Positions 49,348 to 61,623 of a DNA stretch of 64,000 nucleotides are shown in pieces. Where the stretch lies: NCBI GenBank assembly GCA_041576165.1, contig JBFGLM010000004.1, forward strand, positions 1 to 64,000, read 5' to 3'. The notes beneath the pieces are model-generated. The model made no database searches. It was not told the origin of the DNA and saw nothing but the letters and a program-made list of their open reading frames with translations. Positions within the stretch are counted from its first letter, which is position 1. Every line of letters begins with the position of its first letter. Origin of the DNA: Acidimicrobiia bacterium (GTDB lineage: Bacteria; Actinomycetota; Acidimicrobiia; Spongiisociales; Spongiisociaceae). The position numbers were made by a program, and so were the translations under genes.

Positions 49348-50442
49348 TCAGCTCACTGCGGCGGCGAGTTCGTTGGCGGCGCTTTGGAGGACCTTCGCCG
49401 GGGCCGGGAAGTAGCCGACCTCGACGATCTCCTCGTTGACATGCTGAAGTACGAAACTCAAGAACTCGCCGACTTGCGGCTTCTCCTCGATGATCGACGC
49501 CGTCGAGTACATGAACAGCGGACGGGCCAGCGGATAAGCACCAGCGTTCACCGTGTCGGCGCTGGGCTCGACACCCTCGATGTTGACGACGCCCAGCTGG
49601 TCGCTGTTCTCTGCGAAGTAGGCGTATCCGAAGAAGCCCACGGCACACGACGTCGACGGATTATCGGGATTGCAGCCGTCACCGGTGATGCCCTGCACGA
49701 GGACGTTGTCGTCCTCGGATAGCTGGGTGTTGTCGGCGGCCAGGATCGGTGCCTCATCCTCATCGAAGACTTCCTCGACGAAGTAGTCGAAGGTGCCGGA
49801 GTCGGTGCCGGGAATGAACCGTTGAATCGGATTGGGCGGGAACTCGGCTCGAACGTCCTGCCAGGTCTCAGCTGTCGAGAAGACAACCGCCAGCTCGTCA
49901 AATGTGAGGTCGGTGGCAAACGTGTTGGACGGGGATATGGTGACCGCCAGTGCATCCGTGCCAATTCGAAACTCGATTGGCTCACGGCCGATAGCCTGGC
50001 ATTGCTCGACTTCGCTCGACTTGATCGGGCGCGAGGCATTGGAGACATCCGACTCGCCGGCAACGCAAAAGCGCTCGAAGCCGGCGCCAGAGCCGATCGA
50101 GTCAATGGTGATCGTCCCAGCGTATCCCTCGTCCTCGAATCGGTCGACCATGACCTCGGCTAGAGGGAATACGGTTGAAGAGCCTGCGGTCACGATGTCG
50201 CCCGCAACTGCGAGCGGGTCTACCGGAGCGAGGCCCGCGACCCCTTCGGCCTCCATGTCAGGCGCTGCGGTCGTTGCGTCGGTCGCCGGCGCTGCCGTCG
50301 TCTCTGAGCCAGCCTCCGGCGCGGTGGTCGTGACCACGAGCTCCGCTCCATCCGATCCGCTGTCTCCGCCCCCGCCACATCCAGCTGCGACCAATGCGAC
50401 GGCCATGACTAGCCCGATCGCGCGCCAACGTCCATTCGTCAT
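49348..50442 (-). CDS. pstS: Phosphate-binding lipoprotein
   Basis: Lipobox VAAGC, AGSSTVFP, GSGAGF, DSGTFDYF, YPLARPLF. Confidence 0.96.
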   Translation of the reverse strand: MTNGRWRAIGLVMAVALVAAGCGGGGDSGSDGAELVVTTTAPEAGSETTAAPATDATTAAPDMEAEGVAGLAPVDPLAVAGDIVTAGSSTVFPLAEVMVDRFEDEGYAGTITIDSIGSGAGFERFCVAGESDVSNASRPIKSSEVEQCQAIGREPIEFRIGTDALAVTISPSNTFATDLTFDELAVVFSTAETWQDVRAEFPPNPIQRFIPGTDSGTFDYFVEEVFDEDEAPILAADNTQLSEDDNVLVQGITGDGCNPDNPSTSCAVGFFGYAYFAENSDQLGVVNIEGVEPSADTVNAGAYPLARPLFMYSTASIIEEKPQVGEFLSFVLQHVNEEIVEVGYFPAPAKVLQSAANELAAAVS

Positions 50443-50494
50443 CCGCACTTCTCCCTGTCCTAGATGTTGGGTCCGATCAACCCGAACGTGCGTG

Positions 50495-50550
50495 ACAGTA
50501 CGGGACCCGGTTAACCCCAAGCCTGACTGCCGGTTAACGGAGGGTGAACC
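50495..50550 (-). promoter_or_regulatory. PHO-box-like direct repeats and -10 of pstS
   Basis: Minus strand GTTCACCCTCC GTTAACCGGCA ... GTTAACC, then -10 TACTGT. Confidence 0.65.
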
Positions 50551-50577
50551 TTGTCGCCGGCGCAAAACGCCGGGAGT

Positions 50578-52878
50578 TCAGCCTTGGGGCACCCGGGCTG
50601 CAGCCGCCAGCAGGGAGGCCACAGTGTCGAAGTCTGCGCCGGCCGGCAGGAACACGTGGAATGTGTCGACCACCCGCCCGCCTTGCGTGTCGATCTTTGC
50701 AAACCGAACATCGATTTCGAGTTCGTGCATGACGCTCGACACGTCGTGTAACAAGCCGACGCGGTCGGCGCCGCGCAGCTCGACCCGATGTGTGCCGTGG
50801 TCGGCCCCGACAATGATCCGTGCTCGGGGCGCCACCGTCCCGTCCACCAGAGCTCGATAGTGCTGGTGTTTGGTCGCCAGGCGTTCCTCCAGCGGCAGCG
50901 AACCGGCCAAGACTGCGCGGAGGTTGGCCAGGACGGTCGGCCACCGCTCGCCGTCGATCGCCCCTTCGTTCAGCGAATCGACCACGTTGAATCGGTCCAC
51001 CACCACCCCGTCGGTCCTAGTCTCCAAGCGCGCCTCCAGAATGGAGATGTTCGACAGGGCTAAGACGCCAGACACCATGGCAAGCAGACCGGCTCGGTCG
51101 GCCGTGACGAGGACGAGATCGGACCACTCCTCGGTGTCCACTACGTCGATCCGGATGTCGTTTCCGGCCGGGGGCGGAGTCAACAGGAGGAGGTGTCGAC
51201 GCACCTCGCTGGCCGGCGTGCGCAGGGCGTACGCCTCCGACATGGCATCGAGGTGGTCCCGAATATGGTCGGCCGGGATCTCGTCAGAAAGCCGCTCAGT
51301 GACCTCGGTGATGCGGGCTGTTCGCAGCGGGCGAGGGCCGGCCGGAGCCGCGGTAATCGTCTCCATCGCCCGTACGAAGAGAGTGCGGATCAGTGATGCC
51401 CGCCACGACGTCCACACTTCGGGACCGGTGGCCCGAGCGTCGGCCACGGTCAAGAGATACAGCATCCGCAGCACATCGGCGTCCGCGATGAGGCTCGCCA
51501 CGCCCGCGCTCACGTCCGGATCGTCGAGATCGTGCCGGGTGGCCACCTGCGGCAGCAGCAGATGATGACGCACGAGTGTCCTGACGACGTCAACCGTCAC
51601 CGCGTCAAACCCGGCCCGTGCCCCAAACTGCCCGAAGAGTTCAGCCCCGGCCTCGGAGTGATCGCCCCCGGTCCCTTTCCCGATGTCGTGGAAGAGCGCG
51701 CCCAGCACAACCTCGTCGAGACTCCCCAACTCTTCAGCTATCTCCCTGACCCACGGCTCCTCCGACGCCGGTCCGGCCAACTGCAGGACCTCGGCAGCGG
51801 CCCTCCACAGGTGATCGTCGACCGGATGGAGATGGAACGGATCGAGCTGGGCCTGGGAAACGACGTGTCCCCACTCGGGCAGGGCGGCGTCGAGGAACCC
51901 GGCCGCCGTCAGCTGGTCAAACATCCGGCGGCCGGCCGGACCGCTGCCGGCCAGGCGCACGAATGCGTCGCGAGCTGCGTCGTCCCACAAACCGCCGCCG
52001 AAACGTGCAATGCTCCCGGCCTCATCGTCGTTGAGAGCCGGCCCGTCCGGATCTCGTTCGACTGCCGCAGCCGCAAGCTGCCAGGGGTGGATGCTGGTCG
52101 AGCCACGCTGGCTGAGACGAGACCTGACGCTGTGGAAGAGCCGCCCACCGACACTCCGAGCTTCGGCAGCTTGGGCAGGCACGTTGAGTGAGGCGGTCAC
52201 GCTGTTGTCCACTATGCGCGCCGCCCCGTAGATCTCGCCGAGAAAGGCTTTCGTGTCCATGCCAGCCGCGGACGCGGCTGGGGTTCGGAGGGAGAAGTCG
52301 AGAACGTCTTGCCGCCGGCCTGCTGCGCCATGTAGCGCCTGGCGCGCCGCGAGCAAACGGCTCTCGACCTCCTGCAGCCCATCCGCTGCGCTGGCAAGCT
52401 CCTCGTCGAAGGTGCCGAGCCAGCGCAGCATGTGGATCGAGCGCAAGCCGCCCCGGCCGGACTTGAGGTTGAGAGCCTGGGCGTGATACGGCTCGCGGGT
52501 CCGCCGTTCCAACTCCTCCGCTACGAGCGCCTCCCGCAGCCGCGCCGGCCGAGTGACGCGATCGATCCCGGCGCGCAGGGCTTCGAATACCTCCTCGTCA
52601 CCCCCGATCAGCCGGGCGTCGCGCAGGGAGCACAGCGTATCGGTGCGTTCGGCCGCCGCCTGCATGGCCTCGGACGGGGTACGAACCGCATGTCCCACCG
52701 CCAACCCGGCGTCCCACAAAGCTCGGAAGACGGGCGGAGCGTCGTTGACCCGGCGCGCAACCACCAGCATCAAGTCGATGTCGGAATACAGGCACAGCTG
52801 CTCGCGCCCGTATCCACCCACCGCAACCGCCGCCATGCCGTCCACCGCCATCGTGAATTCGATGACGGCCGCGTCCAT
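50578..52878 (-). CDS. glnD: PII uridylyl/adenylyltransferase (start uncertain, may extend to ~52970)
   Basis: AVGGYGR..SDIDL NTase, LKSGRGGLR, HDIGKG HD domain, two ACT domains; amt-glnK-glnD order. Confidence 0.92.
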   Translation of the reverse strand: MDAAVIEFTMAVDGMAAVAVGGYGREQLCLYSDIDLMLVVARRVNDAPPVFRALWDAGLAVGHAVRTPSEAMQAAAERTDTLCSLRDARLIGGDEEVFEALRAGIDRVTRPARLREALVAEELERRTREPYHAQALNLKSGRGGLRSIHMLRWLGTFDEELASAADGLQEVESRLLAARQALHGAAGRRQDVLDFSLRTPAASAAGMDTKAFLGEIYGAARIVDNSVTASLNVPAQAAEARSVGGRLFHSVRSRLSQRGSTSIHPWQLAAAAVERDPDGPALNDDEAGSIARFGGGLWDDAARDAFVRLAGSGPAGRRMFDQLTAAGFLDAALPEWGHVVSQAQLDPFHLHPVDDHLWRAAAEVLQLAGPASEEPWVREIAEELGSLDEVVLGALFHDIGKGTGGDHSEAGAELFGQFGARAGFDAVTVDVVRTLVRHHLLLPQVATRHDLDDPDVSAGVASLIADADVLRMLYLLTVADARATGPEVWTSWRASLIRTLFVRAMETITAAPAGPRPLRTARITEVTERLSDEIPADHIRDHLDAMSEAYALRTPASEVRRHLLLLTPPPAGNDIRIDVVDTEEWSDLVLVTADRAGLLAMVSGVLALSNISILEARLETRTDGVVVDRFNVVDSLNEGAIDGERWPTVLANLRAVLAGSLPLEERLATKHQHYRALVDGTVAPRARIIVGADHGTHRVELRGADRVGLLHDVSSVMHELEIDVRFAKIDTQGGRVVDTFHVFLPAGADFDTVASLLAAAARVPQG

Positions 52879-52999
52879 GGCAGCTGAGAGGAGGCGCCAC
52901 GAACCCTCCAGCGGGATTTGCCCCTTGTGGATGGAGTTCCTCAGCCGGAGATACGGCGCCAGCGGTCCGCTGGCGCCGTTCCTCCGGCCAGACGGCCGT

Positions 53000-54561
<1,562 letters not shown>

Positions 54562-54603
54562 GCGTTTCTCCTCCCTTCCACCCCATCAGGCTGGCCGGGT
54601 TGT

Positions 54604-54641
54604 GTTACGGGCCGATTACTGACGGGTGAAAGCCGCGTTGC
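54604..54641 (-). promoter_or_regulatory. GlnR-box-like array upstream of amt
   Basis: GCAAC-n6-TTCAC-n6-GTAAT-n6-GTAAC at an 11-bp period. Confidence 0.65.
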
Positions 54642-54709
54642 GACGCCGCGCCGAGCCCATTGACGCACGGGCCTGCCGTGGCCCCATCACCCAGCCCGCA
54701 GCGAGTGCG

Positions 54710-56788
54710 TCACAAGTCGGGCAGAACGATTCGGTGCGTCACCGTGATGTCGCGGGTCGCCCCCTCCGCTGCGACCCGCACCGGCAAGTTGACGCGGACC
54801 TGTTCGATCAGGCAGATGGCCTGGGTATCGGCGTCGCAGTAGACGATCGACAGATCCCCCGTGATGGCCGCCGCCCCCGAGGAGAAGTCGGCCGTGAACT
54901 GCAGCGGAAACGCCGGATTGACTTGCACGCCCAAACCCGCCGGATCGAACGTCACTGACGGGCTGTCGGCCGACCACTCGAAGCGGGACGGTGCGTCGGG
55001 ATTGACCTTGTAACCGTCGGGGATCTCCACCTGCAGCGTCAACGTCCCGCGACCGGCCGCAACAACCGCCGGCTCCAAGTCCAGGATGGTCCCGCGATAG
55101 GTGTCCTGATCGGCGTCTGGGAGGAATTCTTCGATTCCGCGGAATACGATCGTGGCCGCTTCGCCGGTGGCCGTGTCGACGGTCCGGATCGAATGGTTGT
55201 TGGTGTCCGCGACATAGAGGACACCATCCGCCAGGTCGATCCCGCCCGGTTCGTAGAACAGAGGATCGGGCCCGTCCCGCCAACCAGCATCCGCGCCGGC
55301 GAAGGTGGCCACTGTTCCGTTCTGGGCATCGATCTTCTTGAGTTTGGAGTTGTAGGTGTCCGCTACCCACACCACAGCCCCATCGGCCACCACCCCGAGC
55401 GGATGTTGCAGCAGCGCCTCGGTGCCGACGCCATCCTGGTCGCCGAATTCGAACAGACCCTGGTCGGTACCAGCCAGCGTGTGTACACCCTCGGAACCGG
55501 CGATGTCGGCCCATCTCACAGAGCTGCTCTCGGAATCGGCGAAATAGAGTCTGCCGCCGCCGTCCAGGGACAACGACGATGGCTGTGCGAGGGTCGAGGT
55601 CGCCAGGGTCGAGTTCTCGGTACCCTCGGCGCCAGAGCCCACGTAGGGGGCAATCGAATCAGTCGTGAGGTCGAACTCCCAGATCTGATGTGTGCCTGCC
55701 ATCGCCACGAACAACGAGTCGCCGTTCAGCTCCAGGTCCCAGGGCGAGTGCAGGCCAGTGGCTGCAGCGTCACCACCTGTTGGAGGGTAGGTGCCCTGTT
55801 GGCCGGTCCCGGCCGCCGTGGTTACCTCCCCGGACACCAGATCGATCGCCCGGATCGAGTGATTGCCGGTGTCGGCTACGTACAGGACGTCGCCGGTGGG
55901 GCCAACCGCCATCCCTTGCGGCTCGTCGAAGGCGGCGGCGCCGGCGGGACCATCGGCATAATCCTCGGCTCCACTGCCGTATACGGCTTGGACGTCGCCG
56001 CTCAAGGTCGCCCGCACGATCCGGTGGTGGTTGGTGTCGGCGATGAAGAGGCGGTCCCCGTCCACCGTGACCTTGCCTGGGAAAGAAAGGACGGTCTCCG
56101 GCAGCCCCTCGCTTTCCAAGCGCAGGTCGAGCGGTGTCCGGTCGAGGACACCCTCGTCTTCAAATTCGGCTACCAGGCTGGCGATGACCGGCTCGACCAC
56201 CTCATAGACGTTCTCGCCCGCGTGGTAGCCACTGACGTTGCCGGCCGGGTCGATCACGAACACTGTCGGCCATGCCCGGGCGCCATACGATTCCCACACC
56301 GCGAAGTCGCCGTCGTTGACCACCGGATGCTCGAGGCCGTAGCGCAATACCACCTGGCGGATGTTCTCGGTGTTGCGCTCCGTGTCGAATTTGGCCGAGT
56401 GCACCCCGATCACCACCAGCTCGTTGGGGTATTCCTGTTCGAGCCGCTCGAGATCCGGGATGATATGGATGCAGTTGATGCACCCATAGGTCCAGAAGTC
56501 CAGCATGACCACCTTGCCTCGCAGCTCCGCCAGCGCCAGCGGGCGGTCCGTGTTCAGCCAGTCGAGCCCATCGGGAAACTCGGGCGCGGCCAGCGTGCCT
56601 GCGTAGGAAACGTGCTCCGGCGCTTCTGGTGCGGTGGAGCGGGCCGGCAGCGAGGTAGAAGGAGTCGCCGGAGTCGAAGTCGCGATGGACGGCGGAGGAT
56701 CGGAGGACAAATCGGGCTGCTGGACCGATGTGGTGCAGGCGGCCGCCACCATTGCCATCCCGATTACCGGTGCGACCCAAGAACGCAT
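54710..56788 (-). CDS. Thioredoxin-like plus NHL-repeat lipoprotein (NHLRC2/SOQ1-like)
   Basis: Lipobox AAAC, DFWTYGCINC, VHSAKF, IADTNHHRI/VADTGNH repeats. Confidence 0.9.
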   Translation of the reverse strand: MRSWVAPVIGMAMVAAACTTSVQQPDLSSDPPPSIATSTPATPSTSLPARSTAPEAPEHVSYAGTLAAPEFPDGLDWLNTDRPLALAELRGKVVMLDFWTYGCINCIHIIPDLERLEQEYPNELVVIGVHSAKFDTERNTENIRQVVLRYGLEHPVVNDGDFAVWESYGARAWPTVFVIDPAGNVSGYHAGENVYEVVEPVIASLVAEFEDEGVLDRTPLDLRLESEGLPETVLSFPGKVTVDGDRLFIADTNHHRIVRATLSGDVQAVYGSGAEDYADGPAGAAAFDEPQGMAVGPTGDVLYVADTGNHSIRAIDLVSGEVTTAAGTGQQGTYPPTGGDAAATGLHSPWDLELNGDSLFVAMAGTHQIWEFDLTTDSIAPYVGSGAEGTENSTLATSTLAQPSSLSLDGGGRLYFADSESSSVRWADIAGSEGVHTLAGTDQGLFEFGDQDGVGTEALLQHPLGVVADGAVVWVADTYNSKLKKIDAQNGTVATFAGADAGWRDGPDPLFYEPGGIDLADGVLYVADTNNHSIRTVDTATGEAATIVFRGIEEFLPDADQDTYRGTILDLEPAVVAAGRGTLTLQVEIPDGYKVNPDAPSRFEWSADSPSVTFDPAGLGVQVNPAFPLQFTADFSSGAAAITGDLSIVYCDADTQAICLIEQVRVNLPVRVAAEGATRDITVTHRIVLPDL

Positions 56789-56882
56789 GTTCCCAGCTTG
56801 GCATGATTGAGTGGGGAGCGATACGGGCCGGCTATTACGAATGAATGAACGAATAGTGGCGTCGGCTGACCCTGAGGTCGAC

Positions 56883-57509
56883 CTACTTCTTGGCGGACGC
56901 GTAGTAGGGATCGGTGCCGGATGCATGATCCGTCACGTCGATCACCTCGGTCACCTCAGGCACAGCAGACATCAGGATGCGTTCGATGCCTTGTTTGAGC
57001 GTTACCGCAGCCATCCCGCAGCCCTGGCACCCTCCCATCAGCTCCAGGTACACGGAGCTACCGTCCACACTGATCAGCCGGGCGGCCCCTCCGTGGGAGG
57101 CGATGGCCGGGTTCACCTGTTGATCAAGTACCTGTGCGACCCGATCCGCCAGCGGTCCGGTCAGCTCACCGGGCACGTCGGCCACCGACACCGCCGGTGA
57201 AGGGCTGTTCGGGTTGTTCATTGCGAGTCCCGGCTGGGACGGGTCACTGGACATGGCAAGTGTGGCGCCCCTGAGATTCTCGATGTCCTTGCCCGCCAGG
57301 ATCACCGTGAGGTCGCCGTGTTTCTCCACGACGTCGTCCGGGCCCTTGTCGTCGATCGGTCCAAATGCGAGGTCATACGAGAATTGTGGTCCGCGCACGC
57401 CGGTTATCTCGACCATGAGACCGAGTTCCTCGCCGTCCGGCTCGGCGTCTCGGATCTCGATGATCTTCTCGAGCGCGTCGGGTGTGACAGAAATGACCGT
57501 CTCGGACAT
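56883..57509 (-). CDS. nfuA: Fe-S biogenesis protein NfuA
   Basis: Degenerate A-type N-domain plus NifU-C domain NPAIASHGG...GGCQGC...DVTDH. Confidence 0.9.
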   Translation of the reverse strand: MSETVISVTPDALEKIIEIRDAEPDGEELGLMVEITGVRGPQFSYDLAFGPIDDKGPDDVVEKHGDLTVILAGKDIENLRGATLAMSSDPSQPGLAMNNPNSPSPAVSVADVPGELTGPLADRVAQVLDQQVNPAIASHGGAARLISVDGSSVYLELMGGCQGCGMAAVTLKQGIERILMSAVPEVTEVIDVTDHASGTDPYYASAKK

Positions 57510-57583
57510 GGGTTTCTCCGATTGCTGCACGTGTACATGGTACCCGTGCTTCAACAGGATCCAGCATGCGCGAACATAAAAGG

Positions 57584-58801
57584 GTGCGTCGTATTGTTCT
57601 CGTGCTTCCGAGTTCGTCGTATCGGACGACCGATTTCGTTCATGCGGCTGCCGATTTGGGCGTGGAACTTGCAGTGGCAACCGAGGGACACCAGGCCTTC
57701 GCGGATCAGGATCCGGACCACTTCATCGAGATCGACTTGCGGAGTCCCCGCCGGGCGGCGGCCCAAATCGTCGCATGGGCCGAAACTCGCGACGTCAATG
57801 CCGTGCTGGCGGTTGACGACCTGGGGGTGGTGACCGCCTCGCTGGCGGCGCGCGACCTGGGGTTGATGCACAACGAGCCCGGGGCGGTGGCGGCCACCCG
57901 CAACAAAGCCATGATGCGTCGGGCGCTGAAAGACATCGTTCGCCAGCCCTCGTTCACGATGCTGGAACCGGGCGAACCGGCGGCCGACGCCATCCGTCAC
58001 GTCGGCGCTCCCGCTGTGATCAAGCCGCTGTCGCTGTCGGCCAGCCGCGGGGTGATCAAGGTCGATCATCCAGAGCAGGGTGATCGCACCGCCGAGCAGG
58101 TCCGGCGCGTGCTGGCCGGCACCGGAGGGAACCCGAACGAATCACTGCTGGTCGAGCGATTCATCAGCGGTCCGGAGGTCGCCATCGATGGATTGCTCGT
58201 GGCCGGCGAGTGGCACACGTTGGGCGTTTTCGACAAGCCGGAGCCGCTCGATGGGCCGTACTTCGCCGAGACGCTTTTCACGACTCCCAGCCGGCACCAT
58301 CCGGAGGTGGTGGCCGAGATCGAACGCACGGCCCGGGCGGCCGCGCGGGGCCTCGGGCTCGAGGAAGGAGCAGTCCACGCCGAGGTGCGGGTACACGGCT
58401 CTCATGTGGTCTTCCTGGAACTCGCCGCCCGCTCGATTGGCGGTCTGTGCAGCCGGGCGCTGCGCTTTGGCCTGCTGGATGCGTCGCTCGAGTCCATGCT
58501 GTTGCGCCACGCCCTCGGGCACAAGCCGCGCAGCGTGCGCCGCAAACAGGGAGCGAGCGGGGTTGCGATGATCCCGGTCCCCCGGTCGGGTCGTTTCGCA
58601 GGGTTCGGTGGGGCGGAGGCGGCCAGACGGGTAGAACACGTGACCGCCGTGGAGACGACGACCGCTCCGGGCAGCCGAGTGCGGAGCCTGCCTTTCGATG
58701 GAACCTACCTGGGCTTCGTCTTTGCGCAGGCCGACGATCCAGCCACCGTGCAGCGAGCTTTGACCGAGGCCGTGTCCATGCTGAAGGTCACCGTGAACTG
58801 A
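57584..58801 (+). CDS. ATP-grasp domain protein (amino-acid ligase-like)
   Basis: RNKAMMR, IKPLSLSASRGV, ERFISGPE, ELAARSIGG. Confidence 0.88.
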   Translation: MRRIVLVLPSSSYRTTDFVHAAADLGVELAVATEGHQAFADQDPDHFIEIDLRSPRRAAAQIVAWAETRDVNAVLAVDDLGVVTASLAARDLGLMHNEPGAVAATRNKAMMRRALKDIVRQPSFTMLEPGEPAADAIRHVGAPAVIKPLSLSASRGVIKVDHPEQGDRTAEQVRRVLAGTGGNPNESLLVERFISGPEVAIDGLLVAGEWHTLGVFDKPEPLDGPYFAETLFTTPSRHHPEVVAEIERTARAAARGLGLEEGAVHAEVRVHGSHVVFLELAARSIGGLCSRALRFGLLDASLESMLLRHALGHKPRSVRRKQGASGVAMIPVPRSGRFAGFGGAEAARRVEHVTAVETTTAPGSRVRSLPFDGTYLGFVFAQADDPATVQRALTEAVSMLKVTVN

Positions 58802-58943
58802 TCGGCGGCCGGCCTCTCGACGTGCATGGGAACGCAGCGGCGACCGGTCGCCGGAAAGAAAACTCCGGATGGGCCCCCTCAGTCGTACAGCAGCGCCAAT
58901 TGGGTGCCGATATTCTTCCCGCCCCTATGCAGCGACGGGCAGC

Positions 58944-60437
<1,494 letters not shown>

Positions 60438-60451
60438 TCCGGTGCCCAGAG

Positions 60452-61546
60452 CTACAGCGCCAGGACTCCTTGGACTTCCTGCATGCGAAGCACCCGCCGT
60501 CGCGTGATCTCGCTGGTGCCGTCCAGTAAGGCTTCGGTCTCCACCAGCACCCGGCCCAGTGGAAACGTCGTAACCCGGGGGTCAGGTGTCGGCTCGCCGC
60601 CCGGGGTCGTCGTGTTCCACGCCATCATCACGTCATCGGCTCCACCCATTAGCGCCGAAACGGCTCCCAGCGCGAGCCTCCCCGCGATCATCCGGTCATG
60701 GTAGGTAGGCCGTCCACCGCGGACCACGTGCCCGAGCACAGTTGCCCGCACCTGGACATCAGCATGGTCCTCCAGCCGGGACTCCACTTCTTCGGCCAAT
60801 CGAGTCGCCGACATCGGCACCCCCTCGGCTTTGATAATCAACACGCGCCGCTTGTCGCGCTCCGCTGTGAAGCTCTCGCGGATGATCTTCTCGACTCCGG
60901 CTACCAGCTCTTCTTCGGACTTGCTCACTTCGGGCAGTAGAACCGCGTCTGCGGCCGTGGCGACCGACGACACCATCGCCAGATAACCCGACTGGCGCCC
61001 CATCACTTCGACGATGAACGCGCGGCGATGGGATCTGGCGGTATCAGAGATCCGGTCGCACGCCTCGATGATGGTGTTGACCGCTGTGTCGACCCCGATC
61101 GAGTCTGAGGTGCAACCGATGTCATTGTCGATCGAGGCCGGTACTCCGACGACGGGCACAGCCGCGCACTCCCCGGCCAGCAGGTGTGCGCCGGCCAGCG
61201 TTCCATTGCCCCCGATGACGATCAATGCTCCGATCCCGATGCCTTGTAGCTGGCCGCAGGCCGCTTCCCGGTGCGCCTGTTCGAAAAAGCGGTCGCATCG
61301 AGTCGTTCCGAGCACGGTGCCACCCAGGCCCGTGATCAAGTCGATGTCGGCGACGGGAGCCAGAGTGCCCGAGCTGAGCACCGGCCTGGTGAGTGGACGG
61401 AAACTGCCATCGATGGCGCCGTCGAAGCCTCGCTCTATACCGATGACGCGCACTCCCCGGGCGGCTGCGACCTTCACGACAGCGAAGATCGCGGCGTTCA
61501 TGCCGGGCGCGTCGCCGCCCGAGGTCAGGACACCTATGGTCTTCAT
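60452..61546 (-). CDS. pfkA: 6-phosphofructokinase
   Basis: TSGGDAPGMN, IDND, EVMGR. Confidence 0.92.
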   Translation of the reverse strand: MKTIGVLTSGGDAPGMNAAIFAVVKVAAARGVRVIGIERGFDGAIDGSFRPLTRPVLSSGTLAPVADIDLITGLGGTVLGTTRCDRFFEQAHREAACGQLQGIGIGALIVIGGNGTLAGAHLLAGECAAVPVVGVPASIDNDIGCTSDSIGVDTAVNTIIEACDRISDTARSHRRAFIVEVMGRQSGYLAMVSSVATAADAVLLPEVSKSEEELVAGVEKIIRESFTAERDKRRVLIIKAEGVPMSATRLAEEVESRLEDHADVQVRATVLGHVVRGGRPTYHDRMIAGRLALGAVSALMGGADDVMMAWNTTTPGGEPTPDPRVTTFPLGRVLVETEALLDGTSEITRRRVLRMQEVQGVLAL

Positions 61547-61623
61547 TGCGGGTCGAGTGTACTGAGCCGGGTGGCTGCCGCCTGCGGTACGATCGAGGTG
61601 AGCACCCCGAGGGACGGACCGCC

